Source: Thermofilaceae archaeon
Lineage (GTDB): Archaea > Thermoproteota > Thermoprotei > Thermofilales > Thermofilaceae
Reading direction: 5' to 3'
NCBI GenBank assembly: GCA_038727095.1
Contig: JAVYWK010000019.1
Coordinates: 1 to 36,430 of the forward strand
DNA length: 36,430 bases
Positions 8,814 to 19,700 of the stretch are shown in pieces (the stretch's first letter is position 1; every line of letters starts with the position of its first letter). The notes below the pieces were generated by a model. The model was not told the DNA's origin and did no database searches. It was given only the letters and a program-made list of their open reading frames with translations. The position numbers and the translations under genes were made by a program.

Positions 8814-9917
8814 ATGGGGTTGCGTTTCTCCGTCGAACGCGTAGAGCCGGGCGTTTACAAGGTGACGGCTTTCGAGGGGGACGCGGCGGTCAGCTGGCTG
8901 TACGTAATCGACGTGTGGCTCCACTATGGCGCCTCCAACGTGCTGGCAGGCGGAATCGCCGGAGTTTACACGCCCCGCGAACATAGGGGGAAGGGCTTTT
9001 CTGCCGCCACCCTCAGGTACACCATCGAGTGGATGAGGGAGCAGGGTTACCCCCTATCAGCCCTCTTCGGCATCTTCGAGTACTACCACAGGTTCGGCTA
9101 CGCCACCTTCATGGGCGAACACACCGTCACCTTGAGCCTAAGGAACGCATCCCGCGCCGAAGCGGGGGAGCTCGAGTGGGAGGTCTCGGAGGATCAGGGC
9201 TACTACAGGAGTGAGATCGCCCAGCTATACGAGAGCGTGAACGCGCTCTGGCCTGGGACCAGGGTGCGAGATCCCACGAGCTGGAGCGGTTTTAGGAAGG
9301 GGGTGTCTTGGGAGCATCCAGCTAAACCTCTAGTTGTGAAGGAAGGTGGAAAGTTGGTTGCTTACGCTGCGCTGGAGAGGTGGCCGAGCCCTGAGGAGCT
9401 CTTGATCGCTGAGGTGGGAGCTGAAGGCCACAGCGCTAGCCTCTACAAGTCGCTTCTCAAGACCCTATACAAGATAGCACTGGAAGAGAGGAAGAGTTAC
9501 ATTAAGGTCCACTTGCCACCCGACCACCCCTTCCTTCGAGTGGCGAGATCCTACGGCTGTACTGTCGAGAGCTTCTACCCGTGGAGCGGTGGCGGTATGG
9601 CGCGGGTCATCAGGTTAAAGGAGCTGCTCGAGTCTATTAAGGGCGAGCTTCAGCTTAGAACGATTGGGGTCAAGGGGGTTCTCACACTTCGCGTAGGGAG
9701 CGATGTAGAAACTCTGAAGGTTAATGACGGTTTAGTGGAAGTGGTTGAGGGTTGCGAGGCCGATAGCATCATCGAGCTCGACCCTGGTAGCGCAGCTCAG
9801 CTAATCCTAGGTTACATGGGGGCAGAAGAGGTTGCAGCCGACAGCAAGGGGAGAAGGCTCCTATCAACCCTGTTTAATAGAGAGGAACCCTATGTTTGGC
9901 AGCCTGACAGGTGGTGA
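8814..9917 (+). CDS. Eis-like tandem GNAT N-acetyltransferase with C-terminal SCP-like domain
   Basis: GGIAGVYTPREHRGKGFS acetyl-CoA motif, SALFGI..YYHRFGY, aromatic C-terminus (PDRW). ATG 8814 is about 23 nt after TTTTTACA. Confidence 0.82.
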   Translation: MGLRFSVERVEPGVYKVTAFEGDAAVSWLYVIDVWLHYGASNVLAGGIAGVYTPREHRGKGFSAATLRYTIEWMREQGYPLSALFGIFEYYHRFGYATFMGEHTVTLSLRNASRAEAGELEWEVSEDQGYYRSEIAQLYESVNALWPGTRVRDPTSWSGFRKGVSWEHPAKPLVVKEGGKLVAYAALERWPSPEELLIAEVGAEGHSASLYKSLLKTLYKIALEERKSYIKVHLPPDHPFLRVARSYGCTVESFYPWSGGGMARVIRLKELLESIKGELQLRTIGVKGVLTLRVGSDVETLKVNDGLVEVVEGCEADSIIELDPGSAAQLILGYMGAEEVAADSKGRRLLSTLFNREEPYVWQPDRW

Positions 9918-10089
9918 GCGTAGCAAGTGTGATCTAGAAAGCCCCCGTTTTACCCTTTGAACTGATTGTTGAAGCTTAATATCTTCAAAGGTTTCTGCTA
10001 AAAACTTAGACACATACAGGCGTTCGTGGAGCATCTTTTGCGTGCTGAGCGTTTGTCTCGATACGGTAGCCACGGTCTACTGTGCAAGT

Positions 10090-10153
10090 TCATGATAATT
10101 TACAGTTAAAAACTGCATAAATTAAGCATAAATTTTTTAAATGATTATCATGA
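10090..10153 (+). promoter_or_regulatory. AT-rich promoter of the ABC operon with candidate operator repeats
   Basis: TCATGATAAT (10090-10099) and ATTATCATGA (10144-10153) are a perfect inverted pair; GCATAAATT occurs at 10115 and 10126; TATA-like TTTTTTAA at 10133-10140. Confidence 0.6.
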
Positions 10154-10160
10154 CCATGCC

Positions 10161-11603
10161 GTGATGTCAAAGCAAAGAATACTGATGGGGGTTTTGGCCG
10201 CTCTAGTCGTATTAGCTGGTGTACTAGGTTACTTCATCGGTACGATGCAGCAACCGGCGAGCCAACCCCCCTATCAGCCCACTACTCAACCTGAGACTCA
10301 AACGCCCTCCACACCTGCAGCATGGCAGCCGCCTGAGAAAATTAAAGCCGCATGGGTCTACGTTGGGCCTGTCGGCGATCTCGGATGGAGCTACATGCAT
10401 GATATCGGGAGGAAGTACGTTCAAACGCTTTTCAAAGACTGGCTTGAAACAACGTACGTTGAAGCTGTCGCGGAGGAGAGGCTTCTCGAAGTCATCGATG
10501 ATCTAGTTTCAAAGGGTTACAACGTGATATTCACAACGTCTTTCGACTTCATGGACAAGACGATCGAGGCTGCTAGGAAGTATCCGAACGTCATCTTCTT
10601 CCATTGCTCCGGCTACAAGAGGGCCCCCAACGTTGGTACCTACTTCGCAGATTTGTACGAAGTATACTACCTAAACGGGTTGATGGCGGGGGCACTCACG
10701 CGAACGGGTAAAATCGGTTACGTGGCAGCTTTCCTCATCCCTGAAGTTGTTAGACACATAAACGCTTTCGCGATAGGCGCTAAGGAAGTTGGAGAACAGC
10801 TTGGAAAAGACGTAACGGTGTACGTATACGAGATTGGATCGTGGTACGCGCCCGATAGAGCGCGTGCAGCAGCTGAAACACTCGTCACACAGTACGAGGT
10901 AGACGTGCTCGTCTTCACAGAGGATTCCTCAGCTATCGTTGAGTACGCAGAGGAGAAGGGATTGTACGTTTTCAGCCACTACGGCCCAATGCTGCAGTAC
11001 GGTCCTAATGCTGTCGTTAGCGGCCAGTTAGTAAGGTGGGAGAGGATTTACGCCGATATACTCGTGAAAGTCAAGTCTGGGATCTACACACCCTACAACC
11101 TTGAGAACGTTGACTACTGGTACCTCCTCTCCAGCGGCGCAGTAGATCTTGGAGGCGACATCGCAAAGGATGGATCCCCCGTTATGGTTAACCCCAGGTA
11201 CGTTGACGCTCTAAAGGCTGTTAGAGTGAGAGATAAAGTCGATGGTGAAGTTCTCAGCGTGTACGACCTTGTGATGAAGAGGTACTGGCAGATGAAGAAT
11301 GCCTTCATGGTCATTCCACTTCAAGTATCCGCACTGACTCATCGATACGAGAATATTACCAAGATGGCCCTCGACTGGGGTGGCAAAATCGGTACGCTCC
11401 CCTACCCGATAGCCTCAGCCTTTGATCCATTTACAGGGCCGCTTGAGGGCTACTGCCTCTACAGCCCAGAGGGCTCTACGTCCGCAAACTGCAAGAGCGC
11501 TTACAAGGGCGCTAAGGTTGTAATTCCCGCCGGCGTTAGGCTAGGGCACGAGGATCTATGGAACATGGATTACCTCCTATCGTTTGTAGTGAAAGTTGGA
11601 TGA
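10161..11603 (+). CDS. BMP/PnrA family ABC transporter substrate-binding protein (probably nucleoside/purine)
   Basis: N-terminal TM anchor and Q/P/T linker; YVGPVGDLGWSYMH, IFTTSFDF, FFHCSGYK, IPEVVRHINAF. Confidence 0.9.
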   Translation: MMSKQRILMGVLAALVVLAGVLGYFIGTMQQPASQPPYQPTTQPETQTPSTPAAWQPPEKIKAAWVYVGPVGDLGWSYMHDIGRKYVQTLFKDWLETTYVEAVAEERLLEVIDDLVSKGYNVIFTTSFDFMDKTIEAARKYPNVIFFHCSGYKRAPNVGTYFADLYEVYYLNGLMAGALTRTGKIGYVAAFLIPEVVRHINAFAIGAKEVGEQLGKDVTVYVYEIGSWYAPDRARAAAETLVTQYEVDVLVFTEDSSAIVEYAEEKGLYVFSHYGPMLQYGPNAVVSGQLVRWERIYADILVKVKSGIYTPYNLENVDYWYLLSSGAVDLGGDIAKDGSPVMVNPRYVDALKAVRVRDKVDGEVLSVYDLVMKRYWQMKNAFMVIPLQVSALTHRYENITKMALDWGGKIGTLPYPIASAFDPFTGPLEGYCLYSPEGSTSANCKSAYKGAKVVIPAGVRLGHEDLWNMDYLLSFVVKVG

Positions 11604-11680
11604 AAAATGGACACACCTATTTTATATATCTATTTTTCTCTACACAAATTATCACATAAAACTTACTAATTGGTGTTAAT

Positions 11681-13219
11681 ATGCAAAATACAAATGATGT
11701 CATTGTAAGTGTTAGAAATTTGACAAAAACATTTCAGGGAGGTGTAGTCGCTCTTGACGACGTTTCTCTCGACATACACGCGGGGGAGATCCTAGCTCTA
11801 CTGGGCGAAAACGGGTCTGGCAAATCGACTTTCGTGAAAATACTGGCTGGTATTTACATCCCTGATGCCGGGGAAGTTTGGGTGAAAACCAACGGTAAGC
11901 TAGCTAAAGTTGACATAAGTGACCCTGTAGAAGCGTTGAGGTACGGTATAGCGCTAGTGAGTCAAGTCCCACAGCTAGTTGATAAGTTAACTGTTGCAGA
12001 AAACTTAGCTGTAACTTTAGCAGCGTTGAAGTGGAGGGGCTCCCATTCGTTCAAGAGCATATACCGCGTATCTAGGTTGATTAGGGAAGAGGGCGAAGGA
12101 TTCGGCTTTAAGATTGATCCGAATGAAAGGGTATTCAACTTATCGTATTCTCAAAAGCAGATGGTTGAGATATTTCGCGCGCTACTGCTCGGCGCTAAAG
12201 TGCTCCTTCTGGATGAGGTTTTAACGTACCTTCCTGCAACAGAGAAGAGGAGATTCTACGATATCCTCCTGAAGTTCCGCGCGGAAGGTGGTGCGGTGGT
12301 TCTCATTACTCACAAGCTATCAGAAGCCTTCGAATTATCGGATAGGATAGCCGTGATAAGGAGCGGGAGAATCGTAGGCGTTGTAAAAACTAAGGAGACA
12401 ACGCTTCAAGATGTTAGATCAATGATGTTCGAAGCAACCACGCGACATTTAGCGAGGGAGCGGGTTTCGACCAACAGCGGACCTGGGAAAGAGGAAATTG
12501 TTGTAAAGGACCTCCACGTGAAGGACGATTTTGGGAGAGAGGTTGTCAAGGGCGTAAACATGGTTGTTAGGAGAGGAGAAATTGTGGGCGTGGCCGGTGT
12601 CGCAGGAAACGGGCAGAAGGAGCTGATCGAAACCATCGTAGGGTTGAGGAAACCCGTAAAAGGGTGTGTTGAAGTTGCCGGCGTTGACGCAACGAGGAGG
12701 GGAATCAAGTATGTTAGATCCCTCGGTGTGTGCTTCATACCGGATCGACCTTTAGAGTATGGGTGCTCGCTAGATCATAGCATCTTGGAGAACGTGGCCA
12801 TCACATTTTCCCTCGGTAGTGGTTTCCTCATGAACTGGGATAGGTTGAGAGAGCTAGCTAGGAAAATGATCTCCGAGTATCAGGTGGTAACCCCTGGGGA
12901 GAACACAAGCTTGAAAGTTCTATCGGGTGGTAACATAATGAAGGTTATCGTTGGCAAGGAGATCGACTCAGCGTCAAGGGCTATTATCGCCTGCAATCCA
13001 ACAAGGGGGCTGGACGAAGCCGCTGCATCATTTGTCCGACAGAAGATTAGGAGTAGAGTTGAAAAGGATGAGCTGGCTGTTTTAATCGCATCAGAGGATC
13101 TTGATGAGCTCCTAACGATAAGCGATAGAATTTACGTTGCTAATAGCGGGAAGCTGTATGGACCATTCGACCCAAAATTTACCCCCAGAGAAGAGATCGA
13201 AGAGTATATGGTGATGTAG
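11681..13219 (+). CDS. Sugar/nucleoside ABC transporter ATP-binding protein (two NBDs)
   Basis: Walker A GENGSGKST, LLLDE, ITHKL; second NBD GVAGVAGNGQKE, LSGGN, PTRGLD, SEDLDEL. Confidence 0.93.
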   Translation: MQNTNDVIVSVRNLTKTFQGGVVALDDVSLDIHAGEILALLGENGSGKSTFVKILAGIYIPDAGEVWVKTNGKLAKVDISDPVEALRYGIALVSQVPQLVDKLTVAENLAVTLAALKWRGSHSFKSIYRVSRLIREEGEGFGFKIDPNERVFNLSYSQKQMVEIFRALLLGAKVLLLDEVLTYLPATEKRRFYDILLKFRAEGGAVVLITHKLSEAFELSDRIAVIRSGRIVGVVKTKETTLQDVRSMMFEATTRHLARERVSTNSGPGKEEIVVKDLHVKDDFGREVVKGVNMVVRRGEIVGVAGVAGNGQKELIETIVGLRKPVKGCVEVAGVDATRRGIKYVRSLGVCFIPDRPLEYGCSLDHSILENVAITFSLGSGFLMNWDRLRELARKMISEYQVVTPGENTSLKVLSGGNIMKVIVGKEIDSASRAIIACNPTRGLDEAAASFVRQKIRSRVEKDELAVLIASEDLDELLTISDRIYVANSGKLYGPFDPKFTPREEIEEYMVM

Positions 13220-13220
13220 A

Positions 13221-14342
13221 GTGAGGCTAGTTATTTTGAAAAGGAAAAAGGAGTTGAAGCATGCCGCCTACATGATGTCAGCTGTAAGCCTCGTGATCGG
13301 AGTTTTGATCTATGTCGCGATTATCTGCTTCTTCGGGGTAAACCCGGTGGACGCTCTAGCTAACATAGCCAGAGCATTCACAACCCCTAGCATCGTGAAG
13401 GATCTCTTCATCCTCTCCTTCTTCGGTTACGCACTGCTCGTATCTTTCAAGGCGTCGGTGTGGAACATAGGTGGTGAGGGGCAATTCTACATTGCGATGA
13501 TACCGGGGATTGTCTTCACGTTGTACTTGTTTAATCCTGAGGGTGGTTTCGGGGCACCATCGATTCTAGCCCTGCCTCTCTCGATCATCGGGGGGATGGT
13601 TTTAGCAGCTGCATGGGCAGCGTCAGCGGGCGTCATAAAGGCTTACTTTCAGATCGATGAAGTCCCGGTAACCATCATCATGAACTACATTGTATACTAT
13701 ACGGTGAACTACCTTGTCTGGGGGCCACTGAAAGGAAAGAGAACCTACGGCTACTTGAGAACCGACGAGATACCGGAAACGTTTAGGTTGAACGTTAGGC
13801 TCCCGGCTTTAGTATCGAGCGACCCCTTGCTCAACTTCCTATACTCGTTGGCCAGGCAAGTCTCCTACTACATCGCAATACTAGCGGGCGCGATCGGGGT
13901 CGCGGTATTCGTATGGTGGCTCTTCAAGTACACCAAGTTGGGGCTCTACATACGGATCATGGGTTCAAACCCTAACTATCTTGCAGCCTCGGGGGTTGAC
14001 GTTAAAGCATTGACCGTTGCAACAATGTCTCTTTCGGGAGCACTAATAGGGCTATTGGGCAGCCTCTACCTATTTACGGAGTTGGGAAGACTGCCCTACG
14101 AGTTGGAGAGACAGACTGCGGGCTACGGCTACCTAGCAGTGCTTGTTGCGTGGCTTTCAGCATTAGATCTCCGGTTAGTGCCTCTTTCAGCGTACGTTGT
14201 TTCAGCGCTTAGAAATGCCGGTGTAGCGATTCAGGTCGCCGGCTTGGGGGGAAACGAGCAAACCCTCATCCTCATAGGCTCAGTTCTACTCGTGTACGCG
14301 CTGCTCAGGTTCCTGGTCGAGTTTGAGGTGAAGCTGAAATGA
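13221..14342 (+). CDS. ABC transporter permease (BPD_transp_2)
   Basis: WNIGGEGQF, TIIMNYI, GYGYLAVLVAWL; multiple TM helices. Confidence 0.9.
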   Translation: MRLVILKRKKELKHAAYMMSAVSLVIGVLIYVAIICFFGVNPVDALANIARAFTTPSIVKDLFILSFFGYALLVSFKASVWNIGGEGQFYIAMIPGIVFTLYLFNPEGGFGAPSILALPLSIIGGMVLAAAWAASAGVIKAYFQIDEVPVTIIMNYIVYYTVNYLVWGPLKGKRTYGYLRTDEIPETFRLNVRLPALVSSDPLLNFLYSLARQVSYYIAILAGAIGVAVFVWWLFKYTKLGLYIRIMGSNPNYLAASGVDVKALTVATMSLSGALIGLLGSLYLFTELGRLPYELERQTAGYGYLAVLVAWLSALDLRLVPLSAYVVSALRNAGVAIQVAGLGGNEQTLILIGSVLLVYALLRFLVEFEVKLK

Positions 14343-15280
14343 CTTTTATCATACCGCCAGAGTTCTTGATGAGGTTCTCGGCCGCATTCGCCACAATGTA
14401 TCTAGTAGCTCTCGGGCACAGCCTATTCGAGAGATCGGGCGTAATGAACTTGGCCATCGACGGTGTGTTCTTCCTATCGACCGGCGTTTCGGTGCTCGTA
14501 GCGGTAACGGTTCAGCAAGTATTTGCAGCGTACGGTCTACCCCAAGCGGCGGCATCACTACTCGCTACGCTTTCTGCAGGCCTCGTATCCATGCTCATCG
14601 GGGTTTTCATGGCCTGGGTGCTCTCAAATCTTCCCGTGAGCCAGGCGGCTGTCGGGTTTTCGTTGATGTTCCTAGGATACGGTCTCGGAATACTAGCAGG
14701 GTACAAGGTTAGGCTAGAAGTGGGGAACATCAGGCCGTACGCCTACCCTTACGAACTAGCGGTATACGTAGCCGCTGCGGTAGCATCGATTACGACCGGC
14801 CTGCTCGTGTACTATATTCTGTATAAAACGAGCCTAGGGGCTATGATAAGATCGTGCGGTGAGAATCCGCACGCAGCGTCAGCCATGGGGGTTAGAGTCC
14901 ATAGAGTTAGAATCTTCGCGGGCGCCTTAGGCTTGTTCATACTGGGTTGCGGAGCATCATTTTTCCCTCTACTCTGGCAGAGGTACTGGGACATTAAAAC
15001 GTACATCTTAGGCTACGGTTGGTTCGCCTTCACGATAGCGCTAGCGTCTGGTCGGCATCCATTATTGCTGATACCCTTCGCACTAGTCTTCGGAGGGTTG
15101 CTGGAGTTTGCCGCATCGCTTCAAGCGCTCTACGGTCTTCAAGTTGACCTAGCTAAAATGCTGCCATTTGCTGCTTCTATCATCCTCTTCATACTTTACG
15201 GCTCCACTAAACTCAGAAAAGCTCTCGAACCTCCAGCAAGCCTAGGAAAAGCGTACTACAGGGAGGAGAGAACAGTTTAA
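14339..15280 (+). CDS. ABC transporter permease (BPD_transp_2)
   Basis: ERSGVMNLAIDG, IRSCGENPHAA, GYGWFA; ATGA overlap with the upstream permease. Confidence 0.9.
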   Translation: MTFIIPPEFLMRFSAAFATMYLVALGHSLFERSGVMNLAIDGVFFLSTGVSVLVAVTVQQVFAAYGLPQAAASLLATLSAGLVSMLIGVFMAWVLSNLPVSQAAVGFSLMFLGYGLGILAGYKVRLEVGNIRPYAYPYELAVYVAAAVASITTGLLVYYILYKTSLGAMIRSCGENPHAASAMGVRVHRVRIFAGALGLFILGCGASFFPLLWQRYWDIKTYILGYGWFAFTIALASGRHPLLLIPFALVFGGLLEFAASLQALYGLQVDLAKMLPFAASIILFILYGSTKLRKALEPPASLGKAYYREERTV

Positions 15281-15528
15281 TATTAATAAATTAATGATTT
15301 GATTAACATGATTTATTCTTAGCACGTTACTGAAGTGGACTTTGGCTCTTTAAACCCTCCCTTATCATCCTGGGCTTATGGTTCAGCATTAAGAGTTAGA
15401 CTTTGTGGGATCGATTCACAGCTTAGCTTTGTGTCTCCGGCAGGTCGTTGCACAGTAAGGTTTTCGCACGAGTACTTTCGTTCCTCTAAACAATTGTTTT
15501 AAAGCCTGATTACAGCCTTACTATTGTA

Positions 15529-16683
15529 GTGCGGAGGGGGGTTGCAGAGCTGCCGCTGCATGGGGGGCGCGTACCCCCCTGGCTCATCGCACGGATGAAG
15601 GAATTGGCGGAGGTAGTGGTGAAACTCGTCGTTGACGAGTTCGGTACGAAGGGCTTTCTCGAGAGGGTTGCCGACCCCCTCTGGTTTCAAGCGTTGAACA
15701 ACTTGATTGGGATGGACTGGGATTCATCGGGCTCTACCACCGTGACCACCGCCGTGCTGAAGGATGCGCTCTCCAGGGTTGAGCTGGGGGTTTACGCCGC
15801 TGGGGGTAAGGGCGATGCCAGCTTGAAAACGCCCGAGGAGCTGCGTAGCATCGCGGCGAGGCTAAATCTGGACGCTGGGAGGCTCGTTGAAGCATCCTAC
15901 TTGGTCGCGAAGGTTGATAGTGCGGCCCTGCAGGCCGGCTACCAGCTGTACCACCACGCCTTCTTCGTGGACGCTGAGGGTAGGTGGGCTGTCGTGCAGC
16001 AGGGCATGAACCCGCAAGCCAGGCTCGCCCGCCGCTACCACTGGTTCTCCGAGTCACTGCACAGCTTCGTTGAAACACCGCACAGCGGAGTCAGCGGAGT
16101 CGCGGGTCTCGCTCTCAACACCGTTGACGCCAACTTAGCGCAGCACCAGAGGCTCCTGGTCGACCTGGCGAAGGAGGATCCGAGGAAAGTGGAGGGGCTG
16201 GTTAAGCAGGCTCTAGCGGTCGCGCGCGGCGTAACACCGCTGGTCAGCTACGAGCCCTACAGGCCGGAGAAGGCTAGGGAGCTGCTCAAGCACTACAGCA
16301 GGCTCGGCGGCATCTCCGTCAACAGGAGGTCGTTGCTGGCCGCCAGGGAGCTTGACGTGCGCACCTACGAGATGCTGCTCGGCGTGAGGGGTTTAGGCCC
16401 GAGCACGATCAGAGCCTTGGCCCTCGTCGCCGAGCTCGTCTACGAGACCCCTCCCAGCTGGAGGGATCCCGTCACGCACCCACCCGACCCCTTCAAGTTC
16501 GCCTACGCTGTCGGCGGGAAGGACGGCATCCCCTTCCCCGTGGACAGGAAGACGTACGACGAGCTGCTCACAATCCTCGGTGAGCTGACGCGCAAGGTGA
16601 AGAACCCTTCAGCGCTCAGGAGGCTAGCAGCCCTCACGAAGAGCTGGTCTCCGCCACCTGAGGAGAAGATCCCCACCCTCTAA
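15529..16683 (+). CDS. DUF763 family protein
   Basis: LPLHGGRVPPWL, GMDWDSSGSTT, AKVDSAALQAGYQLYHH, VVQQGMN, RRYHW, HhH-like GVRGLGPSTIRAL, GGKDGIPFPV. TATA TTTTAAAG about 25 nt upstream. Confidence 0.9.
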   Translation: MRRGVAELPLHGGRVPPWLIARMKELAEVVVKLVVDEFGTKGFLERVADPLWFQALNNLIGMDWDSSGSTTVTTAVLKDALSRVELGVYAAGGKGDASLKTPEELRSIAARLNLDAGRLVEASYLVAKVDSAALQAGYQLYHHAFFVDAEGRWAVVQQGMNPQARLARRYHWFSESLHSFVETPHSGVSGVAGLALNTVDANLAQHQRLLVDLAKEDPRKVEGLVKQALAVARGVTPLVSYEPYRPEKARELLKHYSRLGGISVNRRSLLAARELDVRTYEMLLGVRGLGPSTIRALALVAELVYETPPSWRDPVTHPPDPFKFAYAVGGKDGIPFPVDRKTYDELLTILGELTRKVKNPSALRRLAALTKSWSPPPEEKIPTL

Positions 16684-16755
16684 GTGTGGGAGGGGCTTCA
16701 AGAGGCTGAGGTTGTGAGGTAAGGGTTAATTACGGCTGTTTCGAGGGATGGGATC

Positions 16756-19700
16756 GTGGCAGTAAAGCTTACGCCACAGGAGGTTGACCGGCGTTTCTTC
16801 GACCTTCTCGCCTCAACGATAATCGACTCCCGTTTCGTGGACGAGTGGGTTAGAAACGGTCAAAGGGTTAAGCTACCCTTCCTGACCGAGGCGCGACCCG
16901 ATGACGTCCAGGTCTTCGAGAACCGCTTCAACCTTCCGAAGCACGAAGGCGCGAGGTGGCTTTTGAGGCTTGACATCAGCGGAAACGGTCTTCTGCTGGT
17001 TGACGGGGAGCCGTACCAGGGTGTGGATGAGCAGCACAAGATCGCTGTGCTCGAGCCCGGGAATCGTGCGGTCAGGTTGGAGGCTACCCCCCGCAGGCTT
17101 TTCGGCGAGAGCCCCCACTTTTTCGCGTTCGCTGGTTCCACGCTGGCTGCTGTGCTGTGGGAGGGGTTCCACCTCTCCCTCGCCCTGCTCGACGCGATGA
17201 GCTTAGCCCGACGCAACCCTGAGCTAATGCAGCACTTGGCGAAGGCTGCGGCTGAAATCGAGATTACGCCGAGCGTGCTCCAGCTTTACACCCTCCAGCG
17301 GCTGCTCTACGGGCACATCCTGCCGGAGGGGTCGCCGGAGTACAGAGGCTTGCGCTGGGATCTCGCGTACGTGGCCAACGTCTACGGACCCAGCGTCGCG
17401 AGAATCAAGCTGCCTGACACACCCAGGCCGAGCATCAAAGAGGTGCTTGAGACTATCGAAAGGGTGAAGGCCGCGCTCCCCCGCGGGCAACCAGTTGGGA
17501 AGGTGTACCTGTTCGGTCACGCGCACATCGACACGGCCTGGCTGTGGCCCTTCAGCGAGACGAGAAGGAAGGTTGTAAGGACGTTTTCCACCGTCGCCGG
17601 CCTCGCTAAACTCGGCTACCGCTTCACTTACGTCCAGAGCGGGGCTCAGAACTACAAGTGGCTCGAGGAGCAGGAGCCGAAGCTGTTTGAGGAGGTCAAG
17701 AGGCTTGTCAAGGAGGGGCTCTGGCTGCCGATCGGGGGCATGTGGGTCGAGTCGGACACTCAGCTTGTGACGGGTGAGTCGCTCGCCAGGCAGTTTCTCT
17801 ACGGGCAGCGCTACTTCATGGAGAAGTTCGGCATGAAGAGCAGGATAGGTTGGCTTCCTGACACCTTCGGGTTCACGGCTCAGCTGCCGCAGCTGATGAG
17901 GAAGGCGGGGATTGAAGTTTTCGTCACCCACAAGGTGATGTGGAACGACACGAACGAGTTCCCCTACCACGCGTTCATCTGGGAGGGCCTTGACGGCAGC
18001 GAGGTCGTAGCGCACATCATCGTAGCCACCTACAACGGCGCGCTAACCTCCAGCGAGCTGGCGGGTCTGTGGGAGAGGTACAAGCAGAAGGGCGTCGCAC
18101 CAGCCGTACACGCCTACGGTTTCGGCGACGGAGGGGGAGGGCCGACCTTCTTCATGCTGGAGAGGCTGAAGCACCTGCGCAACCTACCGGGGCTTCCCGA
18201 GCCCGTTGAAGCGCCCAGCGAGGCCGACTACGTGTCCGAGCTGCTGAAGGTGAAGGACAAGCTGCCACGCTGGAGGGGCGAGATCTACAACGAGTTCCAC
18301 AGGGGCGTTTACACAACCAACGCAAGGATGAAGGAGCTGATGGCGAAGGCAGAGAGTGAAGCCCGCTGGGCTGAGCTGGCGGCAACGGCCGCCCACCTGC
18401 TGGGGTTGTCCGCCTACCCGGCTCGCGAGATAAAGGAAGCTTGGGAGCGGATCCTGCGCTGCCAGTTCCACGACGTGCTCCCAGGCTCCGCGAACTACGA
18501 GGCCTACGTGGAGGCCTACAGGGACATGGAGGACGCGATAACCCTTCTCGGGGCGATCACGGCCAGGTCGCTGGAAGCCGTGGCGGGTGTCGTAAACGCG
18601 CCAAAGGGCAGCGTCGTCGTCTTCAACCCGCTGCCCTGGCCCGTTAAGCTCCCTGTCGAGCTGCCCGGTGCCGGCTACACCTACCCGGACGGGAGCGTTG
18701 TGGAGGCTCAGGATGTCGATGGAAAGCTCCTCGCGCTCGTCGAGGTCCCAGCCATGGGCTACGTAGCCCTCCTGCCGAGAGGCAGAGCCGCGGTCGAGCG
18801 GGGAGCGTCCGCTCGCGTGGAAGGAGATACCGTCGTCCTCGAGAACGAGCTACTCAGGCTGGTGGTGGGTAGGGACGGCAGCATCCTTTCGCTCTACGAT
18901 AAGCAGCTGGGCACTGAGCTCCTCGCAGCCCCCAGCAACCTGCTTCGAGCTCACCCTGACAAGCCCGGCAACTTTGACGCGTGGGACGTTGACAGGTCGA
19001 CGATAGAGTCTCCCGGCCACGCCCCCCTGGTTTCCCAGGAGCCGAGGATCGTGATGAGCGGGCCCGTTGCGGCAGCCGTGGAGTACGAGCTCCGCTTTAG
19101 GAACTCCACCGTTAGGCAGAGGGTCACGCTGTACAAGGGCTTGAGGTTCATCGAGTTCCGCACGACAATCAACTGGCAAGAGAAGAGCTACCTGTTGAAG
19201 GCGTGGTTCGAGTTCAGCGTGAAGAGCGAAGTCGCGCACTTCGAAGTGCCCTTCGGCGTTGTCGAAAGGAGGACGATCCCGAAGGATCGCTGGGACGAGG
19301 CCAAGTACGAGGTTCCCGCCCTCCGCTGGATGGACCTATCCGACGGAGAGCGCGGCGTGGCGATCATCGCTCCCACGAGGCACGGCTACAGCGTTAAGGG
19401 GTCGAGGGTTGGGTTAAGCCTCCTCAAATCCCCAATACACCCGAACCCGTGGTCGGACCTCGGCCGCCACGAGATCGTCTACTACCTCTACCCGCACGCG
19501 GGAGACTACAAGGCTGGGAGGGTCTACGAGAGGGCTTACGAGGTTTGGGCTGGGCTCAAGCTGGTGGAGAAGAAAGCGGAGGGAGGCAGCCTCCCCGCAT
19601 CGGCGAGCGCCCTCGAGGTCGGCCCTGGCATCATCGTAGAGGCTGTGAAGCTGAATGAGGCTGGCAACGGCATCGTTGTCAGGCTGTACGAGGTGGAGGG

